This document shows positions 13,098 to 27,524 of a stretch of DNA of 64,000 bases, piece after piece (positions within the stretch are counted from its first letter, which is position 1; each line of letters begins with the position of its first letter). The stretch lies in NCBI RefSeq assembly GCF_006345805.1, contig NC_042998.1, positions 112,220,001 through 112,284,000 on the forward strand, read 5' to 3'. The notes under the pieces were generated by a model that made no database searches, was not told where the DNA came from, and saw only the letters and a program-made list of their open reading frames with translations. The stretch comes from Octopus sinensis. Its lineage: Eukaryota. The translations under genes were made by a program, and so were the position numbers.

Positions 13098-13587
13098 TTT
13101 TATTCTTTTACTTGTTTCAGACATTTGAATGCGGCCATGCTGGATCACTGTCTTGAAGGGTTTTAGTCAAACAAATCGATAACAGGACTTTTTTAAGCCT
13201 CATACTTCTGCTATCGGTATATTTTGCCGAACCGCTAAATTAAGAGGACATAAACATACTAGCATCAGTTGTCAAACGATGTCGGGGAAGGTGGACAAAC
13301 ACGGGGTGGGGGCAAAGACACACACACCGATCTATACATATATATATACATATATAGGCGTCTTTAATTTTCCGTCCAAATCCACTCGCAACGCTTCGGT
13401 TAGCCCGTGGGACTGAACCTGGAACTATGTGGTTTGGAATCAAGCCTCTTTCAGGTTCATGGGTGGTAACAGTTGTGATCATTGGTTTCAACTGTACATA
13501 TATATATGTGTGTGTGTGTGTGTGCGTTTGCGTTTATGTGTGTGTGTGTGTGTGTGTACACACGCATATATATATATATATACATAT

Positions 13588-13630
<43 letters not shown>

Positions 13631-14081
13631 CTTATGTGTGTGTCTGTGTTTGTCTCCCTCTCCCGCCATCGCTGGTCAATGAAATGTCTCGGACGAAAGT
13701 AGCATTAATCTTTCAATTTTTCTCGACTGATCAGAAGACCATTTGAGTAAACCTATCAGTGATGTCCCTATAGTGACAACTGGAAACAGCTGCAAGCCAA
13801 ATTTGCTCCAGTAAGGAGAAATATGTAATGCGTAGTGTGTTTAAGGAATCTAATGCTCTTAGCTTAGTTTTTCCTTGGGGTTGGCCAGATTGGAGCAATC
13901 TCGAGTATAACCAACCGAAATTGCAAAGATAGTATGGAACTCGACTGAGGGAAGAAAGCTCCGAATGACCCGTCCTTGTTTTCTTTGTATCGTGTATCTG
14001 GATGTTTTGTTGTCCTTTTTTTTGTATCACCTAACTGTCTGGATGTTTTGCGTTCTTGTCCCATTTTGTATTGTGTGTGTG

Positions 14082-14140
<59 letters not shown>

Positions 14141-14736
14141 TAAATGGATATAGGACGTCACCAACTGTGCAAACAACATGAGGTAGGTAAACAAACGAGT
14201 TAAATACGTAAACAACGTGAGAAAAAGAGAGGAAAACAGGACAAGTAAACACAGAGACATGACCCTTCATCAGTTGTCGGCTGTCTACCTACTCATCATT
14301 TCGAGCATTCAACAACAATATGAGTCTTCAAAGACAGTTGCTCCTATAAATTCTAAAATACAATTTAGGATTTAATGAAGGGTCAAAGTTGGGAACAAAA
14401 AGAGGACAATTGAGACATACAAGGAAACTGAATGAAAACAAACTTAGATGGACTTTAGACCAGAACGAGAGGAAAATAGTGAACACTAGGAGAAATATTT
14501 TCTTTGAAAAGAGAAAAAGATAGAAGAGAGAGAAAAAACGTCAAGTCTTTTGATCGTCCGTTCAGGAAAAGAAAGACGGACGATGGTCAGGTGTGAGCAA
14601 CGAGAGAGGGAGAGGGGGAAATAGGGGGAGAGAGAGAACAGTGAGAGAGAAGGGCTAAAGATGGAATTAGAAAAGGATGGAGGAAGAAAACAGTATAGAG
14701 TAGGGTTGCATCAAAAAGGTGATAGACATATGTATA

Positions 14737-14787
<51 letters not shown>

Positions 14788-14883
14788 TATGTATATATAT
14801 GTATATATATGTATATATAGGATATATTAGATATAATATATATATATATATGTATATATATGATATATATATATATATATATG

Positions 14884-14922
<39 letters not shown>

Positions 14923-14940
14923 TATATATATATTATATAT

Positions 14941-15016
<76 letters not shown>

Positions 15017-15205
15017 GTCGGCTGTATATCTACCCTCATTTGGAGCATCCAACGACAATATGAGTCTTTAAAGACAGAGCTGACCGAAGCCTTGTGAGCG
15101 GGTTGGTAGACGGAAACTGAAAATGCCCGTCGTATATACATATATGTGTGTGTGGTGTGTGTGCGTTTATGTGTGTTACACACGCATATATATACATACA
15201 CACAC

Positions 15206-15246
<41 letters not shown>

Positions 15247-15482
15247 ATATATATATATTATGTACATATGTGTGTGTGTGTCTGTGTTTGTCTCCCCTGC
15301 CGCCATCGCTGGACAACTGATGCTAGTGTGTTATGTCCCTGTAACGTAGCAGTCGGCCAAAATGACTGATAGATAAGTACTAGACTTACAAGAAATAGCC
15401 CTAAGGGCGATTTCTTCGACTAGAATCCCTTAAGACGATGCTCTAGCATGGCCGCAGTCAAACGTAAGAATAGAAGAATATG

Positions 15483-15541
<59 letters not shown>

Positions 15542-15620
15542 ATCCAAACGGGAAACAAAAAAACAACAACAATGGAACAATTACAGTATTATTATTAATA
15601 GGCGCTCAGGAAATGGAAGC

Positions 15621-15662
<42 letters not shown>

Positions 15663-16121
15663 TACATACACACACATATATATATATACACATACATACA
15701 CACATACACATATGCATGCATACATTCATATGCAGAGATCTATATAAACGTACATGCACATGCATACATATACACAGGTCAATAAACAAATCTACACATA
15801 GGCACACACGTGTGGATCCATATGTGGTTCTATACGATCGCGTGTCTCTACGTGTATGCATCTGAACGTAAAATATATACCTGTATGAGCGTGCGCGCGT
15901 GTGTGTGTATGTGTGTGATTACGTGTGCGTATCTATGCATATGCGCGTATTTATTAAAGTGTTTATATACTTGTATGTGTAACCATGCGTGTACATATTC
16001 CTTCATCTCATACAGTGTATATTATACATACTCACTTACATGCACACGCATATATTAACTCATGCATGCACAATTATACACACACAAATTACACATATAT
16101 ACACACGCATATATATATGTG

Positions 16122-16415
16122 TGGAGGTGCAATGGCCCACTGGTTAAGGCAGCGGACTCGCGGTCGTAGGATCGTGGTTTCAATTCCCAAACCGGGCGTT
16201 GTGAGTGTTTATTGAGCGAAAACACCTGAATGCTCAACGAGGCTCCGGCAGGGGGTGGTGATCCCTGCTGTACTCTTTCACCACTTTTTCTTCTGTTGGC
16301 CTGCTCGCTTAGCCAGCGGGGTGGCGTCATTCGAAGTCTAAAACAATGCGAACGCATTGTGACCAGCGATGTGTAACAACATCTGATGGTCTGGTCGATC
16401 ACGTGATCACGTGAT
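16122..16415 (+). mobile_element. tRNA-type SINE (family D)
   Basis: Head tggcccactggttaagg...ggtttcaattccc. The body ggtggtgatccctgctgtactctttcac is shared with 31355-31430. Confidence 0.7.
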
Positions 16416-16431
16416 ATATATATATGTATAT

Positions 16432-16497
<66 letters not shown>

Positions 16498-17274
16498 CAT
16501 ATATATACATATGTATGTATATATAGCTCTCTCTGTCTCTGGATATCTGTATCTATATAGTTATAATTTTCTTTCGAAACACATAGTATAGAAGTGCTCA
16601 AGTCGAACCTGAGGCGTTAGATCATTATAATGGAAATGTGTGTGTGTGTACATATGTGTGCTTGCACTGCAGGACACACACACACACACACACACGAGTG
16701 ATACATATAAGCACGAAAATTGACTCTCGCTTACAATCTGAGCATTGTATACAATAAGCACATTATATACGTACACTCATATGCAAACACACACACACAC
16801 ATATACTTACACTCAGGATTAGACACATAGAAACACATTAACCTATATACGTATTTATACACACAAGCATGCACAGACACTATCACCCACACTTCAACAT
16901 GTTGACACTCGCATACTCACTCGTTCATACATCAAAAACATAGGCACAAGCTCCTAGAAACGCTTACATACATCGAATCATTCACACACCCGTACACTTT
17001 CTTATGTGTACATACACCGCATACAGCTACGTACTCGTAAGTACATGCATGAAATTTAAGAGGTAACCTCCACGCACCCACTTTGTTACAAATAGTAACT
17101 AACTCCTTGAATGAAATGTTATCGTTTTAGTTAAAGAACATTTTGGATAGTGTGACTCTGTATTTCTAGTAGATGGAAAAACAACAGGATAGTCACGGCT
17201 GGAATGTCTTTGATTATAGGTTTGCTCGATCGTTGGGTTTTTTTTAGGCTAAACATAGAAGTACACAATTACAT

Positions 17275-17356
<82 letters not shown>

Positions 17357-17840
17357 ACAGACAGACAGACAGGCAGGCAGGCTGGAAGAAGGTAGGCAAG
17401 TGTATGCGTGCACGTGGTATGCGATGTGTGCGCATACATGGATGCACGCGTGTGTACGTGTGTGCGTGTGTTAAAGATACTGACACCATAGAATAGCGCT
17501 CTAACAGTCACACTTCACTAAACATCACTGACACACGTCAAATAGACCCTGCGATTGTTCTTACTGAGATTGCTACCGCCTGATCAAGCTTGAACATCCG
17601 TCACGACGACTGCATCGGAAGAACGCGAGAGAAGAGAGAAAGAGAGAGAAAGAGACTTAGAGACTGACAAACGCGCATGCATATATATATATATAATATG
17701 TTCTCTCACATATAGAGATAGACATCGAGGGAGAAAGAGTTAAAGAAAGGATGGGGAGCGTGAAAGGCGAAAATGGACAGTACGTGAAAGAAGAAGAGAA
17801 GTGAAAACATATAAGGAGACAGACAGACAAATAAATAGGC

Positions 17841-17920
<80 letters not shown>

Positions 17921-19911
17921 TAGATTGGGAGAGAGAGATCAGAGATTTTAGTCAAATTATTTTTCACACTATTGATCGATGGCTCATCCCCTACCATTTC
18001 TCCCCTTGATACCACCACTTGTTGAGCGCAGTGCAATCCATCTGAACAAGACTGACATCCGACCCTTCTTCTTTGTCATCGTTTTATAAACAATGGAATA
18101 CAGCTCTTAATGACACCACTACGTCAGATGTGATGTTTTTTGTTCCGTATTTTTCCATTCAGAAAAATACAATATTTTTTCTGGATATCATTACAAAAAA
18201 AAAAAAAAAAAAATTAAAAAAGCATGATAAAAATAAGATAACATAAAACAAACGATGCGTTGGCAGAAATATATAAAAGGTTAAAATAACGGACAGTAAT
18301 TTAGTTTCATCATTCTGAGTTCAAATTTCGTGTGAGTCGATTTTTGCCTTTCATCATTCAAAAGTTTCGATGTCAATAAATTAATTACTAGTAATACTCA
18401 GTTATTGTTTCAGTCAACTATATTTCTCTCATGAACTCCACACGTTTTTTTTTTTTCATTCTCTCTCTGTTTATTTCCTCTTATTCCTTTCTTTTGCTCG
18501 AAATGTAACAGACTTTTTCATTTTTCGCGTGCGTCAAACTAATACACATGCTTATTGTTCATACACCTTCGGCCACGGGCTAGTGGAAATCATGATGCAC
18601 TACCCTTGTGATTTAGTTTAATGGGTTTTTCATGTAGCCCTGGGTCTAACAAATCAGAAAATTGATGATGCCAGCAACTCTTCGCCAAAATATTTCAAAT
18701 GACCACTTAAAATTATCGTCTGGTCAAGATCTACAAGTTCATGCAAATGATAAGCAAATTTATCCTATAAAAAGCTCACCAGAGGTCAAAAGGTTACGTA
18801 CTTTGAATTTTACACATAATAGGTCGCATTCGCAGGTTTCATTTATCACTAAGACCATATAAGGTTGTTTTCTTTTTATTGAAAATTAATCAAAACGAAG
18901 GTTTACATGTGCTTTTTAATATCAGAAGTAAAAAAAAAATTAGAAAAGAAGTAGTGTTTATCCGTGGAATGTGAGATATTACTGCACTTACATAGTGCTT
19001 CATACATATTGCTGAATGTGTCGAATAGAAGTAAGGCAAAATCTAGCAAGTGGTACTTTGGAATCTTTTTCTTGAATCATTGTAATTGACCACAGATGAT
19101 ATTTGAGTTGATCTATAACATGAAGCATCAAATTATGCAAATATTTTCCTCAAAGAGGATGTTGAAGTCAAAACAAAAGTTGACACTACCTACACCATAG
19201 CAGTTTGTTTTGCAAGGTCGTTATGAAATGTGCTATATAATTTTAATATTGAAACAAATGCCAGCTCATATAATACTTTCTATCTCTCGAGTTTAAGCAA
19301 GATCCAATTCAAGTGGTGCGGCAGTTACCTTCCTTCCTGGTAGGTATATACACAGAATTAAAACAATAGATGTACGAGTTTGCTTTAAAGTTGAGTTAGA
19401 AATCTCAACTGAGCACCCTGCGGATCATCAAAATTTGAATTAACACCTTTCCAGTAAGCATTCATCCTAATTCTTACCTATTTTCTTACCTATTTTCTCA
19501 GGCTTTTTACTCTCTGAGATCAAATTCCGTTGGCGTTCATGTTTAGGGCCCCATAAAAGAAGTACGTCAAGTGCTGGTGTCAATTATATCGACTTAGCCT
19601 CTTCCCTCAAAACTGATATACCTAAATTAGAATCACTAGTGCGTCTTCAGAAAATTACTAGCCCTATACCAAAATTTAAAATCATTATCATCATTATCGC
19701 TTGAGTTGGATGTCGGTTGTGCCGTCTCCCGAAGCTTTGTTAAATTTTGTTGAAATAATTCGTCTACTATTGACAATTTCTTGCTGAATCATTAAATAAG
19801 ACCTATGCCCTAAAGGACAGGATTTTCGTAATGGTTGCTTTTATCTATGTTTTCTTTTCGTTGGAATTATCGCGTCGTTAATATTTACTAACACTTTCAA
19901 TGAAAAAGCAG

Positions 19912-22900
19912 GAGAAGGCGGCAAGCTGGCAGAAACGTTAGCACGCCGGGTGAAATGCTTAGTGGTATTTCGTCTGCTGCTACGTTCTGAGTTCAAATTC
20001 CTCTGAGGTTCACTTTGCCTTTCATCCTTTCGGGGTCGATTAAATAAGTACCAGTTACGCACTGGGGTCGATATAATCGACTTAATCCGTTTGTCTGTCC
20101 TTGTTTGTCCTCTCTGTGTTTAGCCCCTTGTGGGTAGTAAAGAAATTGGTATTTTGTCTGCCGCTACGTTCTGAGTTCAAATTCCGCAGAGGTCGACTTT
20201 GCTTTTTATCCTTTCGGGGTCGATAAATTAAGTACCAATTGCGTACTGGGGTCGATCTAATCGACTGGCCCTCCCTCCCACAAAATAACAACATCAATTT
20301 GAGAGAGCAAAAGCTGTAAAGCAATAACAATAACAACATCAATGGTTACGACAAAGTTTTGAACAACACAAGCAACAATGACACCAGTAACAACAGTAGC
20401 AATGCTAGCGAAAACGGCATTCTGCTCGTGGAAGAGAGGAGAAAATTTCATTGTTCACAGTTCAATGTTCAACAGATAAAGCAGCAAACGAAGTAAACAG
20501 TAAAAACAACAGCACCATTATCACCGCTAATAACAACAGCACTACCATCATCTATAATAACAACGGCATTAGCAAAAAAGTAACCAAAGCAGCTGAAGCA
20601 GCGACAAAGGAATTAGAAGTAACTACCGCCGTAGCTGCGGCAGTAACGCCAATAACAATGGGAAAAAGGAACAGAGAAAGCAGTGGTAGCGACAGCGACA
20701 AAGGTAGAACCAGTAGCAACAACAGCAACAACAGCAGCAACTGTAAGGCTTCTTTCGCTGGAGTGGTTACTACAGAAGAATTTTATACTTTCTCCGTGGA
20801 TGACATGAGCGGATACAACTAGATTTTAAAGGACAAATGGAAGAGAGGCAGAACTTACCCCATCCTGAAACTTTAGTTTGAGTTCTGCTGATTTGCGGAA
20901 TTTTGCTGAACAGTTACTATCGTTTGTAGGACGGATCCAGCTATCGGCTGAATCTTTTGTGAAGATAGACCTGCCACGTTCTTTTGGTCAGAAGGGCAGG
21001 CAGTTTCCCTCTGATTAGTGGTTATGGCAAAAGATGTGGTGGATGCAACTGAAAGGACTGAAAACAAACATTTACCGTTTTGGCCAAACGCTCATCGACT
21101 TTTTCAAGTTCTACTTGGAAATATATGTCTTTATTGCCCACAGGGGGCTAAACGTAGAGAGGACAAACAAGGGGATTAAGTCGATTACATCGACCCCTCT
21201 GATTAACTGGTACTTATTTAATTGACCCCGAAAGGATGAAAGGTAAAGTCGACCTCGGCGGAATTTGAACTCAGAACGTAAGAGCAGACGAAATACCTAT
21301 TTCTTTACTACCCACAAGAGGCTAAACACAGAGAGGACAAACAAGGACAGACAGACGGATTAAGTCGATTATATCGACCCCAGTGCGTAACTAGTACTTT
21401 ATTTATCGACCCCGAAAGGATGAAAGGCAAAGTCGATCTCGGCGGAATATGAACTCAGAACGTAACGGCAGACGAAATACGGCTACGCATTTCGCCCGGC
21501 GTGCTAACGTTTCTACCAACTTGGAAATAAAAAAAGGTGATGGTAGAGAGGGAGGCGCTGCATCTACACCCCACCTCACTAAATTTCTAAACAGGTGTGT
21601 GAATGTAGCGAGAAAGGCAGCGTTGAATGGGCCTACTCTTAGCATACGTCTGTAGGCTGAAAAGTACAAAAAATAAAGCGTGAACACTTGCTATAGTACA
21701 ATTGGTGAGCACGGAGATTCATAGTCTGTGGTCTTTACTTGATCGCCTCGAGTGGTGTTTCCCTTCTAATGAGGATTTTCTTGTTATAATTCTCATATTA
21801 ATTTTTAGTTTTATTGTTTGCATTTGAATGATGTGAATTCCCACTGTCCTTTGTATTTGTAGTGTCATAAACGCGTTTTGCGGCTCTTGAAGCCACTGCC
21901 GAGGTCGACTTTGCCTTTCATCCTGTCGGGTTGATGAATTAAGTACCGGTGAAACACTGGGGTTGATGTAATCGACTAGTCCCCTCCTTGAAAATTTCAG
22001 GCCTTGTGCTTTTGCGAGCTAGCAGAATCGTTAGCACGCTGGACAAAATGCTTAGCTACCCTTGTGGAAAAGTTTGAAACCATTATTATTATAATTAAGG
22101 TGGCGAGCTGGCAGAATCGTTTGCACGTCGGGCAAAATGCCTAGTGATATTTCCTCCATCTTTACGTTCTGAGTTCAAATTCCGCCGAGGTCGACTTTGT
22201 TTTTCATACGCTCGGAATCGATAAATTAAGTACCAGCCAAGCACTGGTGTCGATGTGATGAACTTGTCCCATCCCCCAAAATTTCAGGTGTTGTGCCTAT
22301 AATAGAAAGGAATTTTATTAAGGCAGCGAGCAGGCAGATCGTTAGCACGCCGGACAAAATGCTTAGTGGCATTTCATCCGTCCTCATGTTCTGAATTCAA
22401 ACTCTGCCGAAGTCGACTTTGCCCTTCATCCTTCCGGAAGCGATAAAGTAAGCACCAGTTGAGTACTGGGGACAATGTAATCACTTCCTACGCACCACTC
22501 AAAGCTGCTGTCTGTATGCCAGAATTAGGAAGAATTATTATTTATTACCCAACTTTCTTTCTTTCTTTCTCCTTCCCTTCCCCTCTCTGAATCTGGTCTG
22601 TTGCACCGTGAGAAAGTTCGTGGAGGATAACTTGCATTGTCCCTTTCTCTAGAAATGAAGGCTAGTAATCTCTCCACATAAGAAAACGTTTATGCTACAG
22701 GCAAATCTCTTGAGTGGAACAATGGAATAGCAGTTAAGAGAAATGAAGAAGTGAGAATTAATAAGAAGGTCTCAGCTTGAATGTTGCTGTATTTATTTCC
22801 ATCTTTCGACGTTGTAAATTTTGTTGTTAGGCCAATGAAATGATTAGTAGTCAATAATTAGGGCCGATTAAATCAAATACAGCTCTGCTCCAAACAAGTG

Positions 22901-23780
22901 TGGTCTAGAACCAATGTTAGAAATCAGTATTGTCGCCATCACAGTAGTTGGTGTTAGAAACGGAAGCAATATGCTTTGCCGTTTAAGGCGGCAAGCTAGC
23001 AGAATCGTTAGCACGTCCGGCAAAATGCTTAGCAGCATTTTATCCGTCTTTATGTTCTGAGTTCAAATGCTGCCGAGGTCGAATTTACCTTTTATCCATT
23101 CGGAGTCGCTAAAATAAGTACCAGTTGAACACTGGGGTGTCAGTGTAATCGACTTAACTCCTACCCCGACATTGCTGGCCTTGTACACCAAATTCAAATC
23201 AATATTCTTTGCAGTGTTTAGTGATGTTTTATATTTTGAAGTCGAATTCCAGTTTTGTTGACTTTAAATTTCTTCTTTAAATCAGATACTGGGGATTATT
23301 TAATCGACTCTTCCTGTTTACATAATTGTAGCCTTCCACTTCAGTTAAAATGATTGTTATCATTGATACCATTAGAGTAATCTTTTCTACTCTAGGCACA
23401 AGGCCCGAGATTTTGGGGGAAGGGGCCAGTCGATTACATCGACCCCAGTACGCAACTGGTACTTAATTTATCGACCCCGAAAGGATGAAAGGTAAAGTCG
23501 ACCTCGGTGAAATTTGAACTCAGAACGTAAAGGTGGACGAAATACCTATTTCTTTTACTACCCACAAGGGGCTAAACACAGAGGGGACAAACAAGGACAG
23601 ACAAACGGATTAAGTCGATTATATCAACCCCAGTGCGTAACTGGTACTTATTTAATCGACCCAGAAAGAATGAAAGGCAAAGTGGACCTCGGCGGAATTT
23701 GAACTCAGAACGTAGCGGCAGACGAAATACGGCTACGCATTTCGCCCGGCGACTAACGTTTCTGCCAGCTCGCCGCCCTA
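19912..23780. mobile_element. Dense cluster of family A SINE copies in both orientations, including head-to-tail dimers
   Basis: + dimer at 19912-20275, - copies at 21130-21520, - at 21890-22040, + at 22100-22300, + at 22320-22510, + at 22985-23200, and - dimer at 23390-23780. Confidence 0.85.
20855..21660 (+). mobile_element. Tx1/L1-like LINE 3' fragment interrupted by SINEs
   Basis: 20870-21120 and 21570-21660 resemble 46450-46790 (for example tgaatgggcctactc...cgtctgta). Confidence 0.6.
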
Positions 23781-25428
23781 TACCACTAGAATAATGCAGT
23801 GGCAGAATCGTTAGAGCGACGGAAAAAAAATAGTTGCCTATTGATATTTATTCCAGTTCTTCACGTTTTGAGTTCAAAACTTATCGATGTCAATCAGAGT
23901 TGACAAAATAAAAGGACCAGGGCCATATTAATCTAGTAATTCTTTCCCATCAAATTTTTAGTTTGTGCATCATCGGAGCAATTTATTTTCGAAATCGTTA
24001 GGGTGACAGCTAAAATGGCCTTGCAGTCACTTTACGTCCTAGTTTTAATCCTGTTTCTTCGCATTTCATACTTTGGTTGTCAATAAAATGATGTACCATT
24101 CGACTACTGCAGTGATTTAATTGAATTTACCCTGTCACGAAATTGTTATTAGTTACTGAAAACGGATGAGTAGATACTAAGCTAGCGCGAATTTACGTAT
24201 TTTTCTAAAAGAGGATATTTCAATCATTTTAAAAGTCTCCAAGCAAGGTCATTCTTATTCAACATTTGTTTTCTAACTCAATATCACTGTCTTCTTTTGT
24301 TTTTGCTTTAATATTTCCTCGCTTATACTTTTTCTGTTTGAAGTATTTTTCCATCCATTTTATCATCATTGATATACAGTCTCGCCTCCTGTCGAACACT
24401 TGCTACTTTTAGGGAGTTTTCTTTTGTCTTTGACTGATTAAATCGGTAGTCGAGTGCTTAGCTTTTTGAAGTTCAATCGAAACCTAAAACTTTACGGTTC
24501 ATTTTATGTTTGAATTTTCTGTACAGCTTTTCTAATATTAGTACTTCTTTTGAAGTTGAATTTTACTAGTCTTGTAGTTATTTACCTCCGGGTCACCTGT
24601 GATTCAGTGAGTTTATTATGAAAGGTGGTCCAGTCTTGTATATCACGGTTGGGTGTGGTCTGAGAGAGTTTGGGACACATTATTTGAACACTATTTTTAC
24701 GAGTTTGAAGGAACACGTACAAACTCTCGGCATTTGATGAATGCTGACATTTCTGGGTTTGGCAATTAAATATAATTTTACACAAGAAAAACATGATAGT
24801 AATCCAGAAAACATGAAGATGCATCATCATGTTTGTTTTAATGTTACTCTAAAAAGAAAAGTTAGTGTATTTTAGATTCTGTACTGGAAACTGTGGGTTC
24901 GAAATAATTAGAGTGAGATTACATTTCTTTGGTGGGGTACAAAACAACTTCGATGAAGAGAATGTGCACAGAGGGTTCAAAATTTGAATTTATTAGATGA
25001 CGTAAACTTTTAAAATGTTTGTTCGAACACTTCCATGCTCAATTTTCCCATTGTCTCTCTTTCTCCTCCTCGAAGGAAAATACTAACTTAATTGTAATAT
25101 ATTCTGTTAGCAGACAAATTTAACGCATACTTCTTGAATCGACTATCGGCTCTTTAATTGGCTGTCAAGTATCTCTTTGAAATTCAAATACTTCGTAAAA
25201 GTTCAAATAACTAACTTACAAATAGATATTATATCCAGTCGCCCATCTTGCTTTTATCGCGGTATATTTCTGGTAAACATTTGGTGTATCTCTTCTAATT
25301 TTCTTAGGGCACTCTAAGGCTTTTGCAATACTATCGTATTGCGATAGCTTAGGCTTACGTGTACTTCCCATACTGACTTACTTGAAGATACTGTTCCACT
25401 ATACATACATATATTCATACATACATTC

Positions 25429-25459
<31 letters not shown>

Positions 25460-25464
25460 CATAC

Positions 25465-26067
25465 AGTGTCAGATTTTCCCGTAATATGATCAGTCTGGTG
25501 CGCTTCTGATCAGGCATCAGAAAACGTGGCATTCACCGAACAGAAACCTTTATCGTGTCAAGTTGTGCAGAGTATTCTCAACTGTAGCAGGTGATATGAT
25601 GATATCATTGGCTATTGGATTTATAGTCAATCGGTTGTCATCCACCACCATGTGGTGAACAAGATTAATGTTTTCCTCGGTGGTGGCAACTGCAGGATAT
25701 CCAGTCCTTGTGTCATCTTCCAGACTCTCCCTTCCCGTCCTAAATTCAGCTGTCCAATTTTGCACTGTTGATAAAGCGAGAGGGTCATCTCATAATGTAG
25801 CAACCATGTCAGCATGAAATGTCCTTGGGAGCTAAACCCTTTTTCTGCAGTACTTGGTAACAACCCGATGCAAAATGTTGTCCGTTTACAAGAGAAGTCC
25901 TTACAAGTTAGTTTTGAAGTATTCTTTGAAGAGTCAGATGTCAGTTTACCTGGAAAGAAACAATGCAGTTATTAATAAGAAGAGTTGAAATTAATGCATG
26001 CAAGATTTTACAGCTTTAGCATCACTCCTTCATAATCAGCCTATGACCTTTTCAACCCACCCTCGTA
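25465..26067 (-). mobile_element. Mariner 5' fragment with TIR
   Basis: WTAEFRTGRESLEDDTRTGYPAVATTEENINLVHHMVVDDNRLTI is an HTH region. A TIR-like TACGAGGGTGGGTTGAAAAG lies at the right end. Confidence 0.8.
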
Positions 26068-27524
26068 TGTGTTGTGTATGCGCGTGCACTTCTGTTTCTG
26101 AGTTTGCCCCCCCCCCTGACAACCGGTGCTGATGTGTTTACATCCGAATAACTTAGTTTGGTAAAGAGACCGGCAGAATAAGTAGTAACAGGTTTTTAAA
26201 AAATAATGGGATCGATTCATTGGACTAAAATTCTTCAGGGCGGTGTCCCAGCTTGGCCGAAGTCTGATGACTGAAATAAGTAAAAGATTTATAAATACAC
26301 GTATATGTGTGTGTGTGTGTGTCTGTGTGTCTGTGTGTTTTTGTGTGTGTGTGTGGGTGTGTGTGTGTTTGTATGCATGTATGTATGTATGTGTGCATGT
26401 GTGTGTGTGCGCATATATATATATAATTATCTATATAAATATAAATACATATGTGTGTATGTATGCATGTATGTATGTGTATATGTATGTATGTATGTAT
26501 GTATATACATATAAACAAAAACGATAGGGGAAGTGAATGTGAGCGTGCAGTAGGTGACTAGGTAACTAACTAGACAGACAACTTGAAAGAAAAATCGACA
26601 GAGTACATGGAAGGATGTAAACAAATACTTTGTAACAAACATAATATGACCATAATGGATTGTCTTCATCAGAAGCAGTATTTAAACGAAGATCAAATAA
26701 GTTGGACAGGATTTTAAAGGAGCACTAATTTACAATGCACGTGGTTTTGCAGACAGCCGAGCTGAATCGCCTTTACCAGAGCACGCTACTCTGTTGGCTG
26801 GATACAAAGCTTTGCTCACGGTTCTATCAGGGCAGTTTTATGTGTCATGCATGCCTAATTACGTGAAATGAAATTGTTCAAACAAAATTTGATTGAGACA
26901 CGCCCTTTTCATGTCTTTATTATCTATTGTTCTATATGTATGTATGTATGTGTGTGTATGTATGTATGTATGTATGTATGTATGTATGTATGTATATGTA
27001 CATGTGTGTTTGCGTATGCCCTTATGACGATATCTAAATAAGTGTCCCTCTGTATATATATATATATATATATATATACGTCCACAGGTACAGACACACA
27101 CAGACACATACACTCACACATACACACAGACACACAAACATATATGCACATGCACACGAAAAGGTTGACAGTGACTTAGAAATTTTGCCATACCTGCAAT
27201 CTGATGACGGCTTGTAAGATAAAACTTCGAAGTTACTGCAGACCTTCAGTTTAATGTTAATTGTTTATATAACTACGCTTAAATCAAATATTACTGCACG
27301 TGTATGTATTATGTATGTATGTATGTATGTATGTATGTATGTATGTATGTATGTAGTATGTATGTATGTATGCATGCATGTATGTATGTATGTATGTATG
27401 TATGTATGTATGTATGCATGCTTGCATGCATGTATGTATGTATGTATGTATGTATGTATGTATGTATGTATGTATGTATGTACGTAACTTTGATAGGTTT
27501 CGGCCAGTATAGGCTCAGGACATT

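Noticed and set aside
14140-14345. Minus-strand CTGATGAAGGG in a Penelope-like repeat
   Set aside because: No compatible GAAA/NUH/stem I arrangement could be built.
16122-16200. tRNA gene
   Set aside because: The A/B-box-like head has no complete cloverleaf and continues into a SINE body. The same holds for the other SINE heads.
6715-16776. Many ORFs rich in YI/VC/HT/YLSI or poly-L/N/Y
   Set aside because: These are translations of (TA)n, (CA)n, (GATA)n and (AAT)n microsatellites, and the same applies throughout the window.
20451-20822. 123-aa N/S/A-rich ORF
   Set aside because: It derives from degenerate CAA/CAG trinucleotide repeats, with no domain or splice support.
27165-27245. CTGATGA...GAAGTTA motif shared with about 43725-43765
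   Set aside because: It has GAAG rather than GAAA and no stem II, and is better explained as a small inverted-repeat family.
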